Assembly (NCBI GenBank): GCA_016764875.1
Contig: JAESQX010000041.1
Location: forward strand, 85 to 64,084
Source of the DNA: Gammaproteobacteria bacterium
Lineage (GTDB): Bacteria; Pseudomonadota; Gammaproteobacteria; Pseudomonadales; Pseudohongiellaceae
Direction of reading: 5' to 3'
Length of the DNA: 64,000 bases
A program made the position numbers and the translations under genes. The notes beneath the pieces were generated by a model. The model did no database searches, had not been told where the DNA came from, and was given only the letters and a program-made list of their open reading frames with translations. This document shows positions 1 to 7,492 of the stretch, one piece after another. The first letter of the stretch is position 1; every line of letters begins with the position of its first letter.

Positions 1-28
1 TGACGGTTACATCTTTAACAAGACTCAT
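1..28 (-). CDS. possible 5' end of the next cox-cluster gene (runs off the window)
   Basis: The minus-strand ATG at 26-28 overlaps the ctaD stop (25-27) as ATGA. Only 9 codons (MSLVKDVTV) are visible, so identity cannot be judged. Confidence 0.25.
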
Positions 29-1809
29 ATGTCAGCCTTTGATTGATCGTGGTCTGGATCAAAGTGCTGCTCATCTACTGTTGGTTCGCTATCTTCCGGA
101 GTATTTTGAGGAATAAAGTCCTGATGTGCCCCAGGCACGCTGTAATCGTAAGCCCATCGATACACCGAAGGTAATTCATCGCCCCAGTTGCCATGTTTCG
201 GCGGAGTATCGGGGGTCTGCCATTCAAGAGATGCCGAACCCCAGGGGTTTGGATCCGCTTTCTTGCCATTTTTCAAACTCCAGAAAATATTGATGAAAAA
301 CAGTAGCTGGGCCGCACCTACAATTAATGCGGCAATGGTGATATTGGCATTGAGCGCTTGCGCTGATTCAGGAATAAAATCTGTGGTCCCCAATGCGTAG
401 TACCGTCGGGGTACACCGAGGAAACCAAGGTAGTGCATGGGCAGGTAGATTGCGTACGCGCCAATGAAAGTAATCCAGAAGTGCGCTTTGGCCATTCCCT
501 CGTGATACATTTTGCCGGATATCTTTGGAAACCAGTGATAAATAGCCGCAAATAACACAAGTACCGGAGACACTCCCATTACCATATGGAAGTGAGCAAC
601 TACGAAATAGGTATCAGAAAGCGGCATGTCAATCACCACATTGCCCAGAAACAGGCCCGTTAGGCCGCCATGGATAAAGGTGAAAATGAAGCCGATTGCA
701 AAGTACATTGGCACATTCATGCGAATGTCGCCTTCCCACAAAGTTAAAACCCAGTTGTAGACTTTCAGTGCTGTAGGTACAGCAATAATCAGGGTAGTAG
801 TGGCGAAGAAGAAGCCAAAATAGGGATTCATTCCACTGACATACATGTGGTGAGCCCACACGATAAAACTCAGTCCGCCGATGGCAATGATCGCCCATAC
901 CATCATACGATAGCCGAAAATATTTTTTCTGGCATGGGTGCTAAGCACGTCCGATACCAGGCCAAAGGCAGGAAGCGCTACTATGTATACTTCCGGGTGA
1001 CCAAAGAACCAGAACAGATGCTGGAACAATATCGGACTGCCACCATTATAATCAAGCGCTTGTCCTGCTTCTATTACGGCCGGCATGAAAAAGCTGGTTC
1101 CTAACAGAACATCGAAGGTCATCATGATGCCCGCAACGAGTAGTGCCGGAAACGCAAACAGACCCAAAACAGTAGCGACAAATATTCCCCATACCGTAAG
1201 CGGAAGGCGCATCATCGTCAGGCCGCGGCAGCGAGATTGCAGTACAGTGGTCACATAATTCAGGCCGCCCATGGTGAAGGCGACAACGAAAAACACCAGT
1301 GATATCAACATAAAAACGATACCCAGGCCATTACCTGGTGTACCGGCCATGTTGACTTGAGGTGGATAGAGTGTCCAGCCGGCCCCGGTCGGCCCTCCAG
1401 GCACAAAAAAACTGGCCAGCAGGATCAGTACAGAAAGTAGATATACCCAGTAACTGAGCATATTCAGGAATGGAAATACCATGTCTCTGGCACCGACCAT
1501 TAATGGGATCAGATAATTTCCGAATCCGCCCAGGAACAGGGCAGTTAACAGATAAATCACCATAATCATGCCGTGCATGGTTACCGACTGATAGTAGGCA
1601 CTGGGATCTATAAGGGTAAACGATTCAGGGAAACCCAGTTGCATGCGCATTAACAAAGACAGCACCAACGCCACAACACCAACTGCTATCGCTGTGCCTG
1701 CATATTGAATTGCGATAATTTTATGATCCTGGCTGAATACATACGTGGTAAGCCAGCTTTGCGGATGATGGAGTTCTTGCTCCTGGTCGGCTAAAGGTAC
1801 GTAAGCCAT
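25..1809 (-). CDS. ctaD: cytochrome c oxidase subunit I (heme-copper oxidase)
   Basis: 594-aa polytopic ORF with heme-copper oxidase signatures WFFGHPEVY, WAHHMY and VAHFHMV. It lies next to a CuA subunit II gene. Confidence 0.95.
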   Translation of the reverse strand: MAYVPLADQEQELHHPQSWLTTYVFSQDHKIIAIQYAGTAIAVGVVALVLSLLMRMQLGFPESFTLIDPSAYYQSVTMHGMIMVIYLLTALFLGGFGNYLIPLMVGARDMVFPFLNMLSYWVYLLSVLILLASFFVPGGPTGAGWTLYPPQVNMAGTPGNGLGIVFMLISLVFFVVAFTMGGLNYVTTVLQSRCRGLTMMRLPLTVWGIFVATVLGLFAFPALLVAGIMMTFDVLLGTSFFMPAVIEAGQALDYNGGSPILFQHLFWFFGHPEVYIVALPAFGLVSDVLSTHARKNIFGYRMMVWAIIAIGGLSFIVWAHHMYVSGMNPYFGFFFATTTLIIAVPTALKVYNWVLTLWEGDIRMNVPMYFAIGFIFTFIHGGLTGLFLGNVVIDMPLSDTYFVVAHFHMVMGVSPVLVLFAAIYHWFPKISGKMYHEGMAKAHFWITFIGAYAIYLPMHYLGFLGVPRRYYALGTTDFIPESAQALNANITIAALIVGAAQLLFFINIFWSLKNGKKADPNPWGSASLEWQTPDTPPKHGNWGDELPSVYRWAYDYSVPGAHQDFIPQNTPEDSEPTVDEQHFDPDHDQSKADI

Positions 1810-1915
1810 TAAAACCTCCTGATAAGTACTTTAAAACTTACACTAGCTGTCTTTTTCAGATGATCCTTCATTGAAATGACAGCAATGTAAAAACGAATAA
1901 ACCAATGTAATTAAA

Positions 1916-3277
1916 TTATCTAAGCGAGTTAATGTAGGCCGCTACATCTTCTATTTCTTCAAGATCTGCCATTGCAGTCGCCATGTGAACCATTTGTTCA
2001 CCATAGTCATCTGCACTGTGCTCGCCTCGGATCCTGTTCCTGAAATTGGTAATCTGCTTGACGAAATACCAGTCACTCATTCCAGCAAGTGCCGGAGCGT
2101 CTGTGTACCAGGTTCCTGATGCATCATCCAGGTGACAGGCTGCACAGTTGCGGCTATAGATTCTCGCTCCGTTACGAACATTGGCATCCGCAATAGTTGA
2201 CGCGGCTGGCACATCAGACAAGCTGGCTACGTAAGCAGAAACATTTCTCACCGCATTATCATCAGCCAGAGCTATCGCCATTGGACGCATCATAGCGCCT
2301 GCAGAGTCGCCGTCGTTGACGCCACGGGCCCCTACCCTGAAGTGCTTGAGCTGCCGCTGAACATACCAGGATTGTAATCCCGCCAGTTTCGGTGCATTCA
2401 AAGCTTGATTGCCCTCGCCCTGTTCGCCATGGCACGAAGCACAGCCAGCGTACAGTTGCCTGCCTGCATTGAGATCAGGTGCTGCCGCGCTCTGGGTTTG
2501 TGCGAAAGTTGGTTGCTGGGCCAGCCAGGCGTCAAAGTCCGACTGCTCTTCCACTACCACCTTGCCGCGCATCATGAAGTGCGCAATACCACACAGCTCT
2601 TCACACAAAATATCGTAAGTGCCGATTTTAGTGGGCGTGAACCACAGAAAGGTAACCATTCCCGGCACCAGGTCCATTTTTACCCTGAACTGCGCAACAG
2701 TGTAATTGTGCAAAACATCCTTGGAACGCAGCAATGTCTTGACCGGTAAATCTACCGGCAGATGAAACTCCGGGCCATCGATTACAATATCATCCTGGCC
2801 CGCAGGATCTTCCGGATTCACACCCCAGGGGTTGATTTCGGAAATGTGCTTGACATCGGCGGAACCAAGTTGTCCATCGGCACCGGGATAGCGATAGCTC
2901 CATTGCCACTGCTGGCCTATAATTTCGACCACGTGAGCGTCTTCCGGGGGAGAAACGAAATTTGCCCACACAAAAAGGCCGGGGGCCAGCATCAAAACTA
3001 CACCTATAGATGTAACAACAGACAAACTGACTTCCAGCTTGGTGTTTTCCGGCTCGTAAACAGCCTTGTGCCCATCTTTTTGGCGAAATTTGTAAATGCA
3101 ATAGGCCAGGAACAGGTTTATGGTAATGAAAACAAACCCGCTTATCCAAAAAGTTAAGTCAACAACAAAATCCACCGATCCCCAATCTGCTGCAATATCG
3201 GTGAACCACCATGGGCTGGCAAAGTGGAAGATGACTGAGCCCACTACCAAAATAACTATCACAACTGCTAAAGCCAT
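1916..3277 (-). CDS. coxB: cytochrome c oxidase subunit II fused to a C-terminal di-heme cytochrome c domain
   Basis: 453 aa with two N-terminal TM helices and the CuA motif CEELCGIAHFMM. The C-terminal ~180 aa carry two CxxCH motifs (CASCH, CAACH). Confidence 0.92.
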   Translation of the reverse strand: MALAVVIVILVVGSVIFHFASPWWFTDIAADWGSVDFVVDLTFWISGFVFITINLFLAYCIYKFRQKDGHKAVYEPENTKLEVSLSVVTSIGVVLMLAPGLFVWANFVSPPEDAHVVEIIGQQWQWSYRYPGADGQLGSADVKHISEINPWGVNPEDPAGQDDIVIDGPEFHLPVDLPVKTLLRSKDVLHNYTVAQFRVKMDLVPGMVTFLWFTPTKIGTYDILCEELCGIAHFMMRGKVVVEEQSDFDAWLAQQPTFAQTQSAAAPDLNAGRQLYAGCASCHGEQGEGNQALNAPKLAGLQSWYVQRQLKHFRVGARGVNDGDSAGAMMRPMAIALADDNAVRNVSAYVASLSDVPAASTIADANVRNGARIYSRNCAACHLDDASGTWYTDAPALAGMSDWYFVKQITNFRNRIRGEHSADDYGEQMVHMATAMADLEEIEDVAAYINSLR

Positions 3278-3948
3278 AAGCCATTAGTCCTTCGATTTCT
3301 AACTGTGAACATTTAAGCCACAACGCAGGCTAGCCCTTATCGCTGTGTCTGGTATTCTGTTAATTCTGTATGTAAATAACGGTTCGACTCCGGATTGTTA
3401 TGCACAATCTCACGCCGGACCTTGGTATCAGAGGGTATGTAATCAATGCACCGTGGTTAAGCGGATAATTCTTGGATGGGGCTCGCAGGCGATAGCTAAC
3501 TGAGCTGTCAACGACCTTCCCCCTGGACCTGTCCCCAAGTATTTTATTGGTATTAATTATCTCTAACCGAGTGGGCTTTCGCGCTTCTCTAATTGTGTTT
3601 TACGAAGCAATCTCTACACACCTTTTAATCCAGCGCAATCCTATAGATTTTTCAATTTCACCGCAAGTCATTTTAAGCAACAAACACGCTATATATTGCG
3701 ATAAATCAACAGTTTTTGCAGTGTCGGTACCCTTCTATCAATTTGGCTCTTGCCCAGGCGTATCTGGTATTGATCGGGGAGTATTAACGGCTTATAAAAT
3801 AGGTAGAGTTCTTGAGATTGACAGCAAAACATGGTTGAATGCCCGGCGCTTTGACTAGGCGCAAAATATCCTTTTAACGTTAAGCCATAATCATTATTTT
3901 TCAGTGCTTTCATTCAATGAAGCCTGATATCTGCGTAAGAGACCATTA

Positions 3949-4833
3949 GTGACTGAAATTACCTCTACACAGCCAGCTAGCTGGCGTGATTACTACGAGA
4001 TGTGCAAACCCCGGGTGGTTTTGCTGATGATTCTCACTTCACTGGCCGGAATGTTTCTGGCGGTGCCGGGAATGGTGCCGGTGGATATATTAATCCTGGG
4101 CAATCTCGGGATTGCATTAGTGGCAGGTTCCGGTGCAGCTGTAAATCACCTTATTGATCGTAAGGTTGATTCACTGATGAAGAGAACCCACAACCGCCCA
4201 CTGCCTCAGGGTCGGGTGGAACCTCTGCATGCATTTGTGTTTGCTACCGTTATTGGCGTGGCAGGCATGGTCATTCTGCTTTTCTGGGTGAATCCACTGT
4301 GCGCGTGGCTTACCCTGGCATCCTTTGTCGGTTATGCGTTTATTTATACTGGTTACCTGAAACGAGCAACCCCGCAGAATATCGTTATTGGCGGGCTTTC
4401 GGGTGCCATGCCGCCTTTATTGGGGTGGGCGGCAGTAACAGGCAGTATCGAGTCAGGCGCCTTGATTCTGGTATTAATAATCTTTGCATGGACACCGCCC
4501 CATTTCTGGGCTTTGGCGATTCACCGTAAAGACGAATACGCCAAAACAGGCATTCCCATGTTGCCAGTTACCCACGGCGTATTTGTTACCAAGGTTCATA
4601 TCATTATATACACGGCCATCTTGCTGCTGGTCAGCATATTTCCTTACCTGTCAGGCATGAGCGGCCCCCTTTATTTAGTGACAGCCGTGATACTGGGCAT
4701 CGTATTTCTAGCCTGGTCGTTAGTGTTGATGTTCAAACCGACGCCCCGAACCGCAATGGAAACTTTCAGGTATTCTATTGTCTACCTGGCGGTATTGTTT
4801 ATCGCCTTGCTTGCTGATCATTATATTTTCTGA
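3949..4833 (+). CDS. cyoE: protoheme IX farnesyltransferase (heme O synthase)
   Basis: GTG start, 294 aa. UbiA-family polytopic protein with NHLIDRKVD and RTHNRPLP motifs, adjacent to the cox genes. Confidence 0.92.
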   Translation: MTEITSTQPASWRDYYEMCKPRVVLLMILTSLAGMFLAVPGMVPVDILILGNLGIALVAGSGAAVNHLIDRKVDSLMKRTHNRPLPQGRVEPLHAFVFATVIGVAGMVILLFWVNPLCAWLTLASFVGYAFIYTGYLKRATPQNIVIGGLSGAMPPLLGWAAVTGSIESGALILVLIIFAWTPPHFWALAIHRKDEYAKTGIPMLPVTHGVFVTKVHIIIYTAILLLVSIFPYLSGMSGPLYLVTAVILGIVFLAWSLVLMFKPTPRTAMETFRYSIVYLAVLFIALLADHYIF

Positions 4834-4916
4834 TCCAGGCTTTAATCCGTTATGCAAAGAATAAAACAAGGCGAATACTTGTGGTTAGACAATAGGGATT
4901 GTCCCGCCTGAAAACG

Positions 4917-5714
4917 CTAATTTTGCTGGCTGGAATTTGAGAAGAAATATAAAACGAAGAAAGTTACTGTAGCCACCACGACGATTGAAGGCCCGACCGG
5001 AGTGTCAGCCCGGAAGGCTGCGAAAAGCCCTACAACCACCGAAAAACACCCTAATGCACTGGCTATAATCGCCATTTGTTCGGGCGATTTTGCAACTTGC
5101 CTGGCGGCCGCCGGCGGGATGATCAACAAAGAAGTTATCAAAAGCACGCCGACTATTTTCATAGCCACAGCGGTTATCAGCGCCATAAGAATAATAAGTA
5201 AATAGCGCAGCCTGTTAACGTTTACACCTTCAATACTTGCCAGCTCTTCATGCACGGTAACAGATAAAAATTGGTTCCAGAACAAGAAAAGCACGGCCAT
5301 TATCAGGGCGCTGGCCACAACTACCCACACCAGATCCCATGTGGCTATAGTTAAAAGTTCGCCAAATAGATAGGCTTCCAGGTTAATCTGGGCAGTATTG
5401 GAAATGGAAAGCACAACAACACCGATAGCCAGAGTGCTATGAGCCAGAATTCCAAGCAATGTATCAATTGCCACTGCCTTTTGCTTTTCCAGAAAGATCA
5501 GAAATATCGCAACGATGAGGCAGATGACAATAATGCTAAATTGCAGATTCAAGTTCAGTAGAATGCCAAGGGCAATACCCAGCAAAGCTGAATGGGCAAG
5601 CGTGTCTCCAAAATAAGACATTCGACGCCATACAACAAAAGAACCCAGGGGCCCTGCGACCAGCGCCAGGCTTAATCCGGCTATCAGAGCATAGAGGATA
5701 AAATCAGCCATCAT
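4917..5714 (-). CDS. znuB: zinc ABC transporter permease
   Basis: 265-aa ABC-3 family membrane protein. It overlaps the upstream ATPase gene and lies in a znuCB/znuA divergent arrangement. Confidence 0.9.
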   Translation of the reverse strand: MMADFILYALIAGLSLALVAGPLGSFVVWRRMSYFGDTLAHSALLGIALGILLNLNLQFSIIVICLIVAIFLIFLEKQKAVAIDTLLGILAHSTLAIGVVVLSISNTAQINLEAYLFGELLTIATWDLVWVVVASALIMAVLFLFWNQFLSVTVHEELASIEGVNVNRLRYLLIILMALITAVAMKIVGVLLITSLLIIPPAAARQVAKSPEQMAIIASALGCFSVVVGLFAAFRADTPVGPSIVVVATVTFFVLYFFSNSSQQN

Positions 5715-6483
5715 CTGTTTCCCGAGACTCTGTTACCACGTTACCGGTAATGTCATGACTGTGATTGTGGTTATGGGTATAGACGGCAATGTCGTTCATC
5801 GCGTTGACACCAAACAGATCCAGATAGGCAGGGTCAGTACTCACATGCTCCGGTTTGCCATGACAGCAAATATGATGATTCAGACACACTACCTCGTCGG
5901 TTGCAGACATCACTAGATGGAGGTCGTGAGAGATCATTAAAATGCCACAGGAATATTGCTGGGCCATTCTCACTATGAGCTGATAAAGCTCTGCCTGACC
6001 AGTTACATCAACACCCTGGGCTGGCTCATCAAGAATCATCAGGCTGGGCCTTCTCAACAAGGCACGGCACAATAGAACCCTCTGCAGTTCACCGCCGGAA
6101 ACATTACGCAACTGCTGATCCTTGAGATGGCTTATGCGCAACTCATCGAGGAGCTCCTGAATAGCCCGGGCATCCTTTATCCCCGTGAGCATAAGAAAGC
6201 GCTTCACGGTAATGGGCAAATTGGGCTCAATTTGTAATCGCTGCGGCATGTAACCAATTTTCAGACCAGGCGCTTTCCAGACCGTTCCGGAGTCTGGCTG
6301 TAACAGTCCAAGAATGATTCTTACCAGGGTGGTTTTGCCGGCTCCGTTGGGCCCAATCAGAGTCACAATGCTACCTTGATTAACCTGCATGTTAATGTCC
6401 TGAAGGATTTGTCGATCCTCGAACTGGATACTGATGTGGCTGGCCCTTATCAGGACGTTTTCACTAATCGCGGGATTGGGCAT
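5704..6483 (-). CDS. znuC: zinc ABC transporter ATP-binding protein
   Basis: Carries Walker A GPNGAGKT, signature SGGELQR, Walker B LMILDE and the His-rich tail HNHNHSHD typical of ZnuC. The tracked ORF runs to 6552. I prefer the internal ATG at 6483 (MPNPAISENV), which gives ~259 aa and leaves the Zur-like palindrome in the promoter. Confidence 0.85.
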   Translation of the reverse strand: MPNPAISENVLIRASHISIQFEDRQILQDINMQVNQGSIVTLIGPNGAGKTTLVRIILGLLQPDSGTVWKAPGLKIGYMPQRLQIEPNLPITVKRFLMLTGIKDARAIQELLDELRISHLKDQQLRNVSGGELQRVLLCRALLRRPSLMILDEPAQGVDVTGQAELYQLIVRMAQQYSCGILMISHDLHLVMSATDEVVCLNHHICCHGKPEHVSTDPAYLDLFGVNAMNDIAVYTHNHNHSHDITGNVVTESRETDDG

Positions 6484-6553
6484 TTCTGTTGGACAACTTC
6501 CTGGCTTGGCTATTCCGTCCTGAGAATTCCGGATAGGGAAAACAGGCCGCACA

Positions 6554-6570
6554 ATGGTATATCATACCAT
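6554..6570. promoter_or_regulatory. Zur-box-like palindrome in the divergent znuCB/znuA promoter
   Basis: Perfect 7-3-7 inverted repeat ATGGTAT-ATC-ATACCAT. It differs from the gammaproteobacterial Zur half-site ATGTTAT/ATAACAT by one symmetrical change. It lies 35 nt upstream of the preferred znuA ATG and 70 nt upstream of the preferred znuC ATG. Confidence 0.6.
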
Positions 6571-6604
6571 CTCTTTTAAGTATTCAGCTCACCAGAGGCC
6601 TCCC

Positions 6605-7492
6605 ATGTTCCGACGCCTGCTTTGCATTCTTGTCGTGCTGGCTTTTTCGCCCGGCAGCTTTGCAAACGTTAATGTAGTGGTCACCATCAAACCCCTGCAA
6701 CTCATTGCCCAGTCCATTATTGGAGACGCTGGTTCGGTTAAGGTTTTAATGGCGCCGGGAAATTCCCCGCACCATTATTCGTTATCACCCTCGGATAGAA
6801 TTGCTATGGAATCCGCTGACCTCATTGTTTACGTTGGCGAAGAACTGGAAACCCAGCTTGACTCTGTCATGGGGCAGATTGGCTCACGCAAAAACGTTTT
6901 GAAATTACTTGATCTTGAAACCCTGGTGAAAATTCCGCTTGATGGCGATGGGCCGGCTGCTCAGCATCAACGCTACAACCCCCACATCTGGTTGAACAGC
7001 AACAACGGAATAATAATAGCGGAAGCCATTCGCGATCGGCTTATTAAAATAGATAGTGCCAAAGCCGCTGAATACAGTAACAACTTTAGCCATTTCAGCA
7101 ACAGACTCGTCAATCTGGAAGAACAATGGCACTCTCGACTGCTGTCAGCTTCGACCGGCCCTTATGTCGTATATCACGACGCCTTCAGTTATTTCGAATC
7201 TCAGTTTGGCCTTGGTCATGGTCTGGCTTTGGTGGTAGACCCGGAGATACAACCTGGTATACGGCAGATCCTGAATGTCAGAAAAGAAATCAGTGCTATC
7301 CAGCCAGTGTGTATATTTACCGATGTGAGTGCCAGCGAAGCAACCATCAATACCATGCTTTCAGGGTATCAACTTAATTCCGTGCAGTTGGATCTGCTTG
7401 GAAAAAACCTGGGAGAGACCCAGGGATACGAACAGCTTCTGGATAATCTGGTGAGTGATTTTATTAATTGTTTTCAGGCAAGGAGCCATTAA
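6605..7492 (+). CDS. znuA: periplasmic zinc-binding protein of ABC transporter
   Basis: Cluster-9 SBP motifs SPHHY, NPHIW and YHDAFSYF. Signal peptide MFRRLLCILVVLAFSPGSFA follows the ATG at 6605 (the tracked ORF starts at 6554, inside the palindrome). There is no His-rich loop. Confidence 0.88.
   Translation: MFRRLLCILVVLAFSPGSFANVNVVVTIKPLQLIAQSIIGDAGSVKVLMAPGNSPHHYSLSPSDRIAMESADLIVYVGEELETQLDSVMGQIGSRKNVLKLLDLETLVKIPLDGDGPAAQHQRYNPHIWLNSNNGIIIAEAIRDRLIKIDSAKAAEYSNNFSHFSNRLVNLEEQWHSRLLSASTGPYVVYHDAFSYFESQFGLGHGLALVVDPEIQPGIRQILNVRKEISAIQPVCIFTDVSASEATINTMLSGYQLNSVQLDLLGKNLGETQGYEQLLDNLVSDFINCFQARSH

Noticed and set aside
3381-3391. GGTTCGACTCC, which looks like a tRNA T-loop, in the coxB/cyoE spacer.
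   Set aside because: Only a 3-bp T-stem can be drawn (CGG/CCG). No acceptor stem, anticodon arm or CCA context fits, so it is not a tRNA or tmRNA.
3547-3858. 103-aa plus-strand ORF in the cox/cyoE spacer, and the overlapping 74-aa minus-strand ORF at 3689-3913.
   Set aside because: Neither has an RBS or a recognisable family, and the two are mutually overlapping. I treat the region as non-coding.
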